A stretch of DNA of 64,000 nt from Bacteroidota bacterium (GCA_021780815.1 JAJXYC010000020.1:5046-69045); one strand, 5' to 3'; numbered from the stretch's first letter, positions 25,326 through 35,380 are shown. Notes: generated by a model not told the origin, from the letters alone. A program made the numbers and translations.

Positions 25326-27041
25326 TTATTGCTTATTCTGAATTTCTCTCTTAACTGTTGGGACAAAATCTAATGGTCGTCCAATTTGGGGTAATCCTAA
25401 CAATTCTCTTGCTTTATCTAGTGCATCATCTATATTTCCGAATATAAATTTTTCGTCAATTAAATTTAAAATTCCGGACTGTGTCATTGCAAAAAGAGGT
25501 TGAGTATGCACACCTGATAATATTAATTGAATATTCTTTTTCTTTAAAGTATGATAAAGGGTTTTGATAGTATTTAACCCTGTTGCATCAATAGCAAGGA
25601 CATTTCTCATTCTAATTATTATTATTTTCGGTGGGGTAGAGACTATATTAATCTCATCTGTGAATTTATTAACAGCACCAAAGAAAAAAGGTCCATTTAT
25701 TTCAAAAACATCAACTTCGTGAGGAATAATCTTTTTTGAAACATTATTTGGATCATCTTCTACATCATTTTTTTGAATACCTCCTCTAATAGTTTCAATA
25801 CTTGTAACTTCGGACATTCTTTTCATAAATAAGAAAGCAGATAAAACCATTCCCACTTCTAATGCAAGAGACAAATCAAACACAACTGTCAAAAAAAATG
25901 TAGTAAAAAGAACAATTATATCGCTTTTGGGCGATGATAATAATTCTTTAAAAGAACGCCATTCACTCATATTATATGAAACAACAATAAGTATAGCAGC
26001 AAGAGTAGGCATAGGAATTAACATAGCGAAATTTCCGAAAAATAGCATAACAAAAAGTAGAACTAATGCATGAATAATTCCCGCAACAGGAGTTTTCCCT
26101 CCATTTTTGATATTAGTTGCTGTTCTTGCAATTGCACCAGTAACAGGTATACCGCCAAAAAGGGAAGTCCCAATATTTGCTATTCCTTGTGCAATTAATT
26201 CCATGTTGCTGTTATGCTTAGTCCCTGTCATTCCATCAGCAACAACGGCAGAAAGTAAAGATTCAATTGCGGCTAATAAGGCTATTGCTGTTGCAGGCTG
26301 AATTAATTTTTGGATTACTCCCAAATTTATTTGCAAAAAAGTTGGTGTTGGTAAACCAGATGAAAAAGAACCGAATTTGGAACCTATTGTTTCAATTGGC
26401 AAATGAAATAACTGTACTATTAAAGTTGTTATGATTATAGCAATAATAGAACCAGGGACTTTGTGAGTTATCTTTTGCCACAAAATTATAATAATTAATG
26501 ATGATATTCCAGTTATTGATGAATATATATTTACATTGGTAATATTAGAGAAATATAAATACCATTTTAAATGAAATTCAGATGGTATTTTATCAATATG
26601 CATACCCAAAAAGTCTTTTATTTGTGTTGAAAAAATTAATAAAGCAATTCCGCTGGTAAATCCTACTACTACTGGATAAGGAATATATTTTATTAAAGAA
26701 CCAAATTTTATAATTCCCATTATAATTAGGATAGTGCCAGCCATTGCTGTTGCTATTGTCAAGCCCATTATACCAAATTCTTGGATTATTCCATAAACAA
26801 TAATAATAAAAGCCCCTGTTGGACCACCAATTTGGAAACGACTCCCTCCAAAAATAGATACAAGTAATCCACCAATTATTGCAGTAATTAAACCCTTAGA
26901 TGGGGCAACCCCTGACGCAATTCCAAATGCTATGGCTAACGGTAATGCAACTATACCAACGACCAAGCCAGATATTAAATCAGATGAAAATTTTTTGGAA
27001 TTATATTCTTTTAATGATTTTACAATTTCAGGTATGTACAT
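25326..27041 (-). CDS. SulP family anion transporter with a C-terminal STAS domain
   Basis: 571 aa. About 10-12 TM helices followed by a soluble STAS-like domain (IIIRMRNVLAIDATGLNTIKTL). Confidence 0.85.
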   Translation of the reverse strand: MYIPEIVKSLKEYNSKKFSSDLISGLVVGIVALPLAIAFGIASGVAPSKGLITAIIGGLLVSIFGGSRFQIGGPTGAFIIIVYGIIQEFGIMGLTIATAMAGTILIIMGIIKFGSLIKYIPYPVVVGFTSGIALLIFSTQIKDFLGMHIDKIPSEFHLKWYLYFSNITNVNIYSSITGISSLIIIILWQKITHKVPGSIIAIIITTLIVQLFHLPIETIGSKFGSFSSGLPTPTFLQINLGVIQKLIQPATAIALLAAIESLLSAVVADGMTGTKHNSNMELIAQGIANIGTSLFGGIPVTGAIARTATNIKNGGKTPVAGIIHALVLLFVMLFFGNFAMLIPMPTLAAILIVVSYNMSEWRSFKELLSSPKSDIIVLFTTFFLTVVFDLSLALEVGMVLSAFLFMKRMSEVTSIETIRGGIQKNDVEDDPNNVSKKIIPHEVDVFEINGPFFFGAVNKFTDEINIVSTPPKIIIIRMRNVLAIDATGLNTIKTLYHTLKKKNIQLILSGVHTQPLFAMTQSGILNLIDEKFIFGNIDDALDKARELLGLPQIGRPLDFVPTVKREIQNKQ

Positions 27042-27178
27042 TTTATTTTTTAGATTCGAACTATTACAAAATTAATAATTTTTTTGACAATAACATTAAA
27101 ATGCTAATAACCATAGACGCAAATCAAAGCAAAAATTTAAGTTTTTTATATATTTTTTTGTTTTAAATTTTTAATATT

Positions 27179-27292
27179 AAAATTGGGTTAACGTATTCAA
27201 AAACTGATAATGCAACTATTGGTTTGTCTGGATTTTTTAGCACAATTATACCAGGAAGCGTAAAAACATTAGTTAAATATAAAGTGCAATAA
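27179..27292 (+). pseudogene. 3' fragment of a paralogue of the 24352-25164 lipoprotein gene
   Basis: It translates in frame to KIGLTYSKTDNATIGLSGFFSTIIPGSVKTLVKYKVQ*. An in-frame stop lies a few codons upstream and there is no start codon. Confidence 0.7.
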
Positions 27293-27332
27293 TAGTTTTG
27301 AAAATATCTTTTGTAAGAAAAGTGTAAGAAAA

Positions 27333-27364
27333 AAGGTTGTCCTGAAAAGAGACAACCTTTTTTT
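27333..27364. terminator. Bidirectional terminator hairpin (inside repeat copy 2)
   Basis: ggttgtc (27335-27341) pairs perfectly with gacaacc (27351-27357). It is flanked by A- and T-runs and sits 43 nt beyond the stop of the minus-strand DASS gene. Confidence 0.65.
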
Positions 27365-27406
27365 ATAGGTAAAAGCATAAATATGAATTAATCAATTATA
27401 TTATTT

Positions 27407-28861
27407 CTATTGTATAAAACTAAAGAACACAACAACATAAATTATTCCTAATATATTCAAAATGATACCTGTTTTTGCCATTTCCTTAATTTTTATATGT
27501 CCAGTACTAAAAACGATAGCATTTGGTGGGGTGGAAATAGGCAGCATAAAGGCAAGAGAAGCCGAAATTGTTGCTGGTATCATTAAGACCAATGGGTTGA
27601 TATGGATTACTTGCGAAAGAGAAGCAATAACAGGTAACATTGTTGCAGCCGTTGCTGTATTTGAAGAAAACTCCGTTAAAGCTACTACTATAAATGATAT
27701 AATAAGTAAATTTAAAAATAATGGTAAATTACCCAAATATTGTAAATGAATTGCAATCTCTTTGGATAATCCAGAAGTTTCAAATCCATCTGCTAATGCA
27801 AAGCCTCCACCAAAGAGTAAAATAATTTCCCAAGGGACTTTCTTTATAGCATCTTTATCTAATATTTTTTTTGATATATCTTTGAAGTTAACAGGTAACA
27901 GAAATAAAAGAAATGCTCCTGCGATTGCTATGGTTCCATCATCAATAAATTTGCTTAACCCAATCAAATTTGCCCAGCCCGGAATGGTAAAGCTACCTAA
28001 TGCTATTGGTTCTCTGAATATCCATAACAACACTACTGTACCAAAAATTGCTAATATTTTTTTCTCTACATCTTGAATTTTTCCTAATTCAGCAAGTTGA
28101 TAATCTATCTCGCTTTTGGATAATAAATTATTAGGCAATTGTTTTAAATAAGATAAACTAATAATTATTAGCAATAAAATAGTCATTCCAAAAGCAAGAG
28201 GGATTCCATATACTAACCAGTTGGCGAATGTAATATCAGGCAAGTTTGGAAAAGTAATTTTATAAATTCTCATTAAAACTAAATTTGGAGGAGTCCCAAT
28301 AATTGTTGCAATTCCACCAATAGAAGCAGAATATGCAATAGTAAGGAGTAAAGCTACGCTAAATTTATGGCTATCCTTTTTTGATACGTTATCTTCAACT
28401 TTTGTAATTATTGCTATCGCAATAGGTAACATAATCATTGCTGTTGCTGTGTTTGATAAAAACATTGACATTAAAGTTGTAGCAATTGTAAATCCAAAAA
28501 TTATTTTATATTTAGATGTTCCAATTATATTTAAAATTGACAAAGCAATGCGGCGATGCAAGTTCCATTTTTCCATAGATATTGAAAGAAAAAAGCCGCC
28601 AAGAAATAAAAATATAGTTGAGTTTATATAATTTGTTGTTACTTTGGCAGTTGTATCTATTTGTAAAATTGGAAATAGGAAAATCGGCATTAATGAAGTT
28701 ATGCCTAATGGTATAATTTCAGCAAGCCAGAAAAAACCCATTAAAATTACTACTGCAAACATATAAGAAGAATTTCGGTCTTGTGGGAAAATAGGAAATA
28801 TTAAAAATATTACAAATAATCCTATTGCAATTATCAGTTGAATAATTTTTGATATTGACAT
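27407..28861 (-). CDS. DASS/SLC13 family divalent anion:sodium symporter
   Basis: 484 aa, polytopic. Contains the repeated SNTATA hairpin motifs (FLSNTATAMIMLP and FSSNTATAATMLP). Confidence 0.8.
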   Translation of the reverse strand: MSISKIIQLIIAIGLFVIFLIFPIFPQDRNSSYMFAVVILMGFFWLAEIIPLGITSLMPIFLFPILQIDTTAKVTTNYINSTIFLFLGGFFLSISMEKWNLHRRIALSILNIIGTSKYKIIFGFTIATTLMSMFLSNTATAMIMLPIAIAIITKVEDNVSKKDSHKFSVALLLTIAYSASIGGIATIIGTPPNLVLMRIYKITFPNLPDITFANWLVYGIPLAFGMTILLLIIISLSYLKQLPNNLLSKSEIDYQLAELGKIQDVEKKILAIFGTVVLLWIFREPIALGSFTIPGWANLIGLSKFIDDGTIAIAGAFLLFLLPVNFKDISKKILDKDAIKKVPWEIILLFGGGFALADGFETSGLSKEIAIHLQYLGNLPLFLNLLIISFIVVALTEFSSNTATAATMLPVIASLSQVIHINPLVLMIPATISASLAFMLPISTPPNAIVFSTGHIKIKEMAKTGIILNILGIIYVVVFFSFIQ

Positions 28862-29047
28862 AAAAATTTTTTATTTTCCTGTTTAGCAAAATTAATAAAA
28901 TAATTTATATTAATTTAACTAAATTTTCTTTAATATTCAACTATTTTTTCTCAATTTCGTATTAAATATTAGGAACATTTATTTAATTATATAAAAAATT
29001 AAAATTTTAATATAAAACAACAAATATCACAATATAGGAAGGGCAAT

Positions 29048-30193
29048 ATGGGAGCATTTGATAAAATCAAAATTGCATATTTCAATGGCACAATGGTTGA
29101 AGGTCAAGATGGAGTAACAAGAACCCTATTCAGGATTGTAGATTATTTGGAACAACACAATATTGAAAGTAAATTTTATTCTCCATTATTTTCTAAATCA
29201 ACAGGAGATAGAATAAATATTAAAAAAGTCAATTCATTTAAATTGCCGTTTTATAAAGATTATAATATTCCAATTCCTCAAAAAAGAATTTTATCAATGG
29301 ATTTAGATAAATTTGCCCCTGATATAATCCATATTCATAGCCCTTGTCCTTTAGGCAAGTTTGCTGTAAATTATGCAAAGAAGCGAAATATTCCTGTTTT
29401 TGCAACATACCACACACATTTTCCCAGTTATACAAAATATTACAAGTTACAAGTTATTGAATATTTTGGGTGGAATTATTTAAAAAACCTTTATAATAAG
29501 TGTGATGCTGTGTTTGTGCCTTCTAAATCAATAATCACAGAATTAACTGAACATAATTTTGAAAATCTAATTCATTTACCAAATGGAATAGAAATCAACT
29601 TATTTAGTAAAGATTTTTATAACGAAAATTGGAAAAAGAATAATGGAATTGAAAATAAAAAAGTATTGCTTTTTGTTGGAAGATTAGTTTGGGAGAAAGG
29701 ATTGCAGGTATTAATTGATGCAGATAAGATTTTGCGGTCATTGCGAAATGATTACGTTTTTGTATTTGTCGGAGATGGACCATCGCAAATTGAATTACAA
29801 AATCAAATACCAAATAGTATATTTTTAGGCAGATTGTATGGTGAAAAACTTTCAGAAGTGTATGCTTCAAGTGACCTTTTTGTCTTTCCCTCTACAACAG
29901 AAACTTTTGGGATTGTTTTGTTAGAAGCAATGGCTTCCAAATTGCCAATTTTATGTGTCAATAAAAATGGTCCTTCGGATTTGATTCAAAATCAAGTCAA
30001 TGGTGTATTAACTCCTCCTGATGAACCTGTTGATTTTGCTAATAATATCAACAATTTGCTTCTTCGTCCTGATTTTATGAAACAAATTTCTGAAAATGCT
30101 TACCAAACCGTACAAAATTATTCTTGGGATGGTATAATTTCTAAGATGTTTGAATATTATGAAAGTTATTATTATGCAAAAATTAGTCTATAA
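29048..30193 (+). CDS. Glycosyltransferase family 4 (GT-B fold)
   Basis: 381 aa. Contains GRLVWEKG and the EX7E region FVFPSTTETFGIVLLEAMAS. Confidence 0.8.
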   Translation: MGAFDKIKIAYFNGTMVEGQDGVTRTLFRIVDYLEQHNIESKFYSPLFSKSTGDRINIKKVNSFKLPFYKDYNIPIPQKRILSMDLDKFAPDIIHIHSPCPLGKFAVNYAKKRNIPVFATYHTHFPSYTKYYKLQVIEYFGWNYLKNLYNKCDAVFVPSKSIITELTEHNFENLIHLPNGIEINLFSKDFYNENWKKNNGIENKKVLLFVGRLVWEKGLQVLIDADKILRSLRNDYVFVFVGDGPSQIELQNQIPNSIFLGRLYGEKLSEVYASSDLFVFPSTTETFGIVLLEAMASKLPILCVNKNGPSDLIQNQVNGVLTPPDEPVDFANNINNLLLRPDFMKQISENAYQTVQNYSWDGIISKMFEYYESYYYAKISL

Positions 30194-30229
30194 ATTTTTG
30201 AATTAATTCTGAATAAAGTGTACCAATAA

Positions 30230-30265
30230 TTTTCCCCTGATTTTATTCATAAAATCAGGGGAAAA
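30230..30265. terminator. Bidirectional terminator between the convergent GT4 and E2 genes
   Basis: ttttcccctgatttt (30230-30244) pairs perfectly with aaaatcaggggaaaa (30251-30265) across a 6-nt loop. Confidence 0.75.
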
Positions 30266-30303
30266 TAGAAAAATAGATTTAATTAAATCAAACAAATAGC
30301 AAA

Positions 30304-32142
30304 TTAAATTTGTAGCGTGTTCTCATTCATTGCTTCCAAAGCGTTTTTAATAGCAAATAAGCATTGCCCTGCTAACATACCGTCAATTACACGATGGTCA
30401 TAAGTTATAGAAATATAAGCCATATTGCGAACTAAAATCAAGTCGTTACCCATAATTTCTTTAACCACAGGTCTTTTTTGAATTGCACCTATTCCCATAA
30501 TAGCAGTTTGGGGTTGATTTATTACAGGTGTTCCAAATAAAGTTCCAAATGTACCAACATTTGTTACAGAAAAAGTTCCGCCTTGTATATCCTCTGGGTT
30601 AAGTTTTTTATTCCTTGCTTTTGAAGATAGATCATAAATTTGTGAAGCGATACCGATTAAATTAAGCTGTTCAGCGTTTTTAATTACAGGAACTATTAAA
30701 TTTCCATCATCTAATGCGGTAGCAATGCTTAAATTAATATGTTTGAATTTTATTATATTGTTCCCATCTACCCCAACATTAACATTTGGGAATTGTTTAA
30801 TTCCCTCAACAGTAGCTAATGCAAAAAATGGAGTATAATTAAGTTTAAATCCATATTTTTTGAAAAACTCATTTTTATATTTTTCTCTGAACTTTACTAT
30901 TTCCGTAACATCAGATTCAGCAACACTTGTAACATGAGCTGATGTTGATTTACTTCTTGTCATATGTTCTGAAATTAACTGACGAATACGTTCCATATGT
31001 ATAACTTCATAATCACCAGCTGCTTTGAAAATTGGATTTATTTCATAATTAGAATTTGTTTCATTAACAAGAGTTTTTGCATTCGACTCAATAAATTCTT
31101 GCTTATTGACTTTAATTTCATTGCTTATAGTTAAATTATTATCAAGTTTTGACTCAACAACTCTCGGTTCAACTTTTGCAGGTGTTGCAATTTCTTTTCT
31201 TGAATTGATAAATTTCAATAAATCTTCTTTTGTAATTCTTCCATCACTGCCTGAACCTATAATTGATTTTAGTTCTTCCAATGATACTTTATTCTGTTTT
31301 GCCATTTCACGTACAAGTGGAGAAAAGAAATGTTCACCATCTCTAAATGGAATATCATAATTTTTTGGAATAGCAATTTCGCTCTGTTCGTTTCCAGTAA
31401 CAGATGGTTGAAGATTTTCAATTTGATTTTTCTCATCAACATTATTTTTAATTGAAGGTGTTGCTTCTGTAAGAACTTGTGTAGAATTTGCAGAAAATTT
31501 ACCAGCCGATATTCTTGCAATTACTTTGCCAACTTCAACAGTATCATTTTCTTTTGCTAATATTTCAAATAAAACACCTGCAACAGGCGAGGGGACTTCT
31601 GTATCTACTTTGTCAGTAGAAATTTCTAAAATTGTTTCATCTCGTTCAATCTTTTCACCAACTTTTTTTGTCCATTTGATAATCGTGCCTTCTTGAAGAG
31701 ATTCGCCCATCTTTGGCATAACGACATCTACCAAATTCTCATTAGAGAAATTGTTCACAACAGGTTGTTGATTTTTTTCTTCAACTAATGTTTCTTTGAC
31801 TTCCGATTCAATATTATTTAATTTAATATTATTAACATTAGCATCGGTAGATTGTGTTTGTTTTGTGAGAACTTCATTTTTTCCTAAATTTATTTTAGCA
31901 TCAGTATCAGTTTCAATTTCAGCAATCTTTGTTCCAACTTCCACGGTATCATTTTCTTTAAACAAAATAGATTTTAAAATACCTGTAACGGGTGAGGGAA
32001 CTTCTGTGTCTACTTTGTCAGTAGAAATTTCTAAAATTGTTTCATCTCGTTCAATCTTTTCACCAACTTTTTTTGTCCATTTGATAATCGTGCCTTCTTG
32101 AAGGGATTCGCCCATCTTTGGCATAATTACATCTATTATCAT
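30304..32142 (-). CDS. 2-oxoacid dehydrogenase E2 component (dihydrolipoyl acyltransferase) with two lipoyl domains
   Basis: 612 aa. Two lipoyl domains (MPKMGESLQEGTI...EISTDKVDTEVPSP), an E3-binding region (SPLVREMAKQNKV) and a catalytic domain with DHRVIDG. No E1 or E3 gene is adjacent. Confidence 0.85.
   Translation of the reverse strand: MIIDVIMPKMGESLQEGTIIKWTKKVGEKIERDETILEISTDKVDTEVPSPVTGILKSILFKENDTVEVGTKIAEIETDTDAKINLGKNEVLTKQTQSTDANVNNIKLNNIESEVKETLVEEKNQQPVVNNFSNENLVDVVMPKMGESLQEGTIIKWTKKVGEKIERDETILEISTDKVDTEVPSPVAGVLFEILAKENDTVEVGKVIARISAGKFSANSTQVLTEATPSIKNNVDEKNQIENLQPSVTGNEQSEIAIPKNYDIPFRDGEHFFSPLVREMAKQNKVSLEELKSIIGSGSDGRITKEDLLKFINSRKEIATPAKVEPRVVESKLDNNLTISNEIKVNKQEFIESNAKTLVNETNSNYEINPIFKAAGDYEVIHMERIRQLISEHMTRSKSTSAHVTSVAESDVTEIVKFREKYKNEFFKKYGFKLNYTPFFALATVEGIKQFPNVNVGVDGNNIIKFKHINLSIATALDDGNLIVPVIKNAEQLNLIGIASQIYDLSSKARNKKLNPEDIQGGTFSVTNVGTFGTLFGTPVINQPQTAIMGIGAIQKRPVVKEIMGNDLILVRNMAYISITYDHRVIDGMLAGQCLFAIKNALEAMNENTLQI
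31582..31719 (-). repeat. Lipoyl-domain repeat, copy 2 (codons 142-187)
   Basis: Identical amino acids to codons 7-52. Only about six nucleotide differences, all synonymous, and a 95-nt identical run. Confidence 0.9.
31987..32124 (-). repeat. Lipoyl-domain repeat, copy 1 (codons 7-52)
   Basis: See copy 2. The offset between copies is 405 nt. Confidence 0.9.
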
Positions 32143-32197
32143 AAATACCCCATAAATTTAATACAAAAAATAATATAAATAAATTCCAAAGAACTTT

Positions 32198-32926
32198 TTA
32201 TTTATCTTCAATAACTTTGTTATCAGGCGAATCAACTTTAAAAAATGAATCTGGGAAATCTAAGTTAATTTTTATTGAATAAAACCTTTGAATAATTGGG
32301 AATTGTTGGTTTTCTAACTGGGTACGTTTAGGGAATGAGAATCCATCTACTTGTGTATAGTTATCAAAATGTACAGGTCCGATATCAGCCAGAACAAAAG
32401 GATTAGCAGAAGCAAAACGAATATCAAATGTTTTCTGGTCTAAATATAATTTAAAAACTTTGTCTGTTGGTGTAGTAACTTTCAAGACGTACACCATCAA
32501 CCCATTGTAATCATCAACTCCATCATATTCAACTTTAAAATGGTTGGTTTTATAATTTGCTAAAAAGCCTTCCATATAATTTATTGTGTTCCTTATAATA
32601 TCTTGCTCTAAATTTCCCATATCTACTGTTTTATCAACTGTTCTTACTTTTGCTTCGTCAGCATTAATGATTTTATAAACAACTTGGTTATGAAAACGTT
32701 CTTTCCATCTAAAGAAGTTAGGTGCTTTATATTGCAATCTGAACGGGTAAATATCCCCAAAAATTTGAGTTTCACCTTCAATTTCAAATGATTTGATTTT
32801 GTTAAATTTGTCTAAGCCTGTATGCTCATAAAATTTTTTGATTATTGAGTCAGCTGTAAGTTCCTCTGCTTTGGAAATTGAAAAAAGAGCAACGAAAAAT
32901 AATAAAGACACAAATATCTTTTTCAT
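32198..32926 (-). CDS. Hypothetical secreted protein (LolA-like fold is possible)
   Basis: 242 aa with a signal peptide MKKIFVSLLFFVALFSISKA. No catalytic motif recognised. Its start abuts the thyX stop. Confidence 0.5.
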   Translation of the reverse strand: MKKIFVSLLFFVALFSISKAEELTADSIIKKFYEHTGLDKFNKIKSFEIEGETQIFGDIYPFRLQYKAPNFFRWKERFHNQVVYKIINADEAKVRTVDKTVDMGNLEQDIIRNTINYMEGFLANYKTNHFKVEYDGVDDYNGLMVYVLKVTTPTDKVFKLYLDQKTFDIRFASANPFVLADIGPVHFDNYTQVDGFSFPKRTQLENQQFPIIQRFYSIKINLDFPDSFFKVDSPDNKVIEDK

Positions 32927-33805
32927 TTATATACCTTTGTTTTTATTTAATATATTTTCATTAATAAAAGTAACTTTTTGAATAAATTCATTGAGTTCAG
33001 TGTTAGATAAAATATTTTCATCATCAGAAATTAATTTTAAATTGACCTTATTAAAAACTTCTTTTAATAAATATAATTCAGAAGACGAAAATGTAATGGA
33101 ATTTAGCATATAATCTTCAAAAGCCTCAAAAGAAATTGGAAGAATTTGTTTTAAAATATTAGCAATAGTTTCAGCATACACACGAATTTCATATTGGGCA
33201 TGAACATCTAAACGTAGTTTCAAGAACCTAAATAAATTGTGTAAATCAATTTTCCAATACCATTCTGTATAAGATGAAAGTGGTAAATTAATTCTTGCTA
33301 TTTCTCTGGCAATTCCCTGATTAATGTATTGTATATATTCATCGTAACTATTTTTTTGTGAAGTTTCCATAGACTTTATAACTTCATTGCTAAGCGATTC
33401 ATCAATTAAATCGTCGCTTCTTCCTTGCTTATTAATGGTACTTTGAGTTCTTAATTGATTTTTCCCAGGCAAATAAAAATCAGATGTCATTTCTGAATAC
33501 CGACCGCTGTATTCATTTACATTGGCAGTTCTATGGCGAATCCATTGACGAGCTACAAAGATTGGCAACCTAATATGAAATTTTAACTCCACCATTTCAA
33601 AAGGTGAAGTATGAGAATGACGCATTAAATAACGAATGAGTGAACGGTCTTCTCTTATTGATTTAGTCCCTTTTCCATAACTCACTCTTGCAGCTTGTAC
33701 AATTGAACTATCGTTACCCATTATTTCAATTAATCTAATAAACCCTTTGTCTAAGCATTGGAACTCTTTACCTATAATTTCCTGTGTATGTTTGTTTCCC
33801 ATCAA
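32927..33805 (-). CDS. thyX: FAD-dependent thymidylate synthase
   Basis: 292 aa. Contains the ThyX motif RHRTANVNEYSGRYS. Confidence 0.85.
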   Translation of the reverse strand: MMGNKHTQEIIGKEFQCLDKGFIRLIEIMGNDSSIVQAARVSYGKGTKSIREDRSLIRYLMRHSHTSPFEMVELKFHIRLPIFVARQWIRHRTANVNEYSGRYSEMTSDFYLPGKNQLRTQSTINKQGRSDDLIDESLSNEVIKSMETSQKNSYDEYIQYINQGIAREIARINLPLSSYTEWYWKIDLHNLFRFLKLRLDVHAQYEIRVYAETIANILKQILPISFEAFEDYMLNSITFSSSELYLLKEVFNKVNLKLISDDENILSNTELNEFIQKVTFINENILNKNKGI

Positions 33806-34000
33806 TTTATTTATTAATTATTTTATAAATTTTGTTTTCTTAATTTTGTTTTCTTAATTTTGTTTTTAGAAATTTTTAAAAATTGAAATTAATAAAAAAT
33901 ATAAACAATTTAGGCTTCAATAAATTGTAAATTAGTCCCATTTTTTTATTAAATAATATAAAAAAACAAAATATAGAGCGATAAAGATAGTTGAAAATAT

Positions 34001-35014
34001 ATGGAAACAATGAGTGAAACAAGAAAACCAGTAATATTAAGTGGTATTCAGCCTTCTGGAATATTAACAGTAGGGCATTTAGCAGGAGCATTGAATAATT
34101 GGGTAAAATTACAAGAAACTTTTCATTGTTATTATATGATTGCAAATATGCACGCAATCACTGTAAAACAAAGTCCAGCTGAACTTAGACAAAGAACACT
34201 TGAAACGGCAGCTTTATTTCTTGCAGTGGGAATTGACCCTGAAAGAAGTCTATTATTTATTCAATCGCAAGTTCCTGAGCATTCTCAACTTGCTTGGGTA
34301 TTAAGTTCTATGACTGGATTTGGTGAACTTAGTCGTATGACACAATTTAAAGATAAAAGTGAGAAACATCCAGAAAACATTAACGCTGGACTTTTTACTT
34401 ATCCAATTCTTATGGCATCAGACATCTTACTTTACCAAGCCGATGCTGTTCCAGTAGGGGAAGACCAAAAGCAACATCTTGAACTAACCCGTAATCTTGC
34501 TCAAAGATTTAACTATTACTATTCTGATACCTTTAAAATTCCTGAACCTTATATTCCAAATGTAGGGTCAAGAATTATGAGTTTGCAAGAACCTACTAAA
34601 AAAATGAGCAAGTCAGATGAAAATCAAAATTCTTTGATTTTTTTGAATGATTCTAATGAAGTAATTATTAATAAAATTAAACGTTCGGTTACTGATAGCG
34701 AAGCAGAAGTAAAATTTGATGAAACTAATAAACCAGGTATCTCAAATTTAATGACACTTTATCATCTTGCCACTAATGCTACTTTTGATGAAATTGAAAA
34801 AGAGTTTTCTGGAAAAGGTTATGGAGATTTTAAATTAGCTGTCGGTCATGCTGTTGCAGAATGGCTCTCACCTGTAAGAGAAAAGTATAATACAATTATT
34901 AAAGATAAAAAACGTCTTCAAAGTATTCTTATATATGGTGCTGAAGAAGCACATAAAGTTGCTTTTCGTACACTTGATAAAGTATACAAAAAAGTAGGTT
35001 TTATTAGATTTTAG
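34001..35014 (+). CDS. trpS: Tryptophan--tRNA ligase
   Basis: 337 aa. Class I HIGH-like region (GIQPSGILTVGHLAG) and KMSKS (KMSKSD). Confidence 0.9.
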   Translation: METMSETRKPVILSGIQPSGILTVGHLAGALNNWVKLQETFHCYYMIANMHAITVKQSPAELRQRTLETAALFLAVGIDPERSLLFIQSQVPEHSQLAWVLSSMTGFGELSRMTQFKDKSEKHPENINAGLFTYPILMASDILLYQADAVPVGEDQKQHLELTRNLAQRFNYYYSDTFKIPEPYIPNVGSRIMSLQEPTKKMSKSDENQNSLIFLNDSNEVIINKIKRSVTDSEAEVKFDETNKPGISNLMTLYHLATNATFDEIEKEFSGKGYGDFKLAVGHAVAEWLSPVREKYNTIIKDKKRLQSILIYGAEEAHKVAFRTLDKVYKKVGFIRF

Positions 35015-35023
35015 GATGGAATT

Positions 35024-35380
35024 ATGCCAATATACACTTACAGATGCCACGTTTGTGGTAAAGAGTTTGATTTTAAACAAAGTATAAATGATGAATCTTT
35101 AAAAGTATGTCCTGATGAAATTTGCAAAGAGCATGGGCATGCCCCTGGTGAAGTTTCTCGTGTCATTAGCAAAAATGTAGGATTGATATTTAAAGGTTCA
35201 GGCTTTTATTTAACCGATTATGCAAAACATCAATCTGTTACATCTGCTCCCAAAACAAATGGAAATAGCCATAGCAGTGGTAATCACAGCAATAACGGGA
35301 ATGGAAATTCAAACAATAGTTATTCTACAAAAGAAGCTGCTCTTGTCGAGAACAAAACTACTACTGACAATTCAAACTAA
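35024..35380 (+). CDS. FmdB family zinc-ribbon protein with a low-complexity tail
   Basis: 118 aa. MPIYTYRCHVCGKEFDF...KVCPDEIC has the CXXC...CXXXC pattern. The tail is rich in Asn/Ser/Gly. Confidence 0.75.
   Translation: MPIYTYRCHVCGKEFDFKQSINDESLKVCPDEICKEHGHAPGEVSRVISKNVGLIFKGSGFYLTDYAKHQSVTSAPKTNGNSHSSGNHSNNGNGNSNNSYSTKEAALVENKTTTDNSN

Larger units (their letters stand above)
27179..27364 (+). repeat. Direct repeat copy 2
   Basis: See copy 1. It lies between the SulP and DASS transporter genes. Confidence 0.85.

Noticed and set aside
27163-27378. 71-aa minus-strand ORF between the SulP and DASS genes
   Set aside because: It simply spans direct-repeat copy 2, which is the gene fragment plus the terminator hairpin. 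It has no RBS or motif support.
33828-33867. Short tandem repeats:
- a 14-bp unit aattttgttttctt, about 2.9 copies, between thyX and trpS;
- a 14-bp unit tgtattaattacct, 2 copies, at 56084-56111, spanning the fliO stop;
- ttattttatcttaaaa, twice, at about 55382-55421.
   Set aside because: They are too short and too few to be CRISPR arrays or minisatellites of note. They are AT-rich slippage-type duplications in intergenic DNA, and I can support no function.
33876-34157. 93-aa minus-strand ORF overlapping the trpS start
   Set aside because: It is a low-complexity hydrophobic translation of AT-rich intergenic DNA. It overlaps a confidently called trpS and has no motif.
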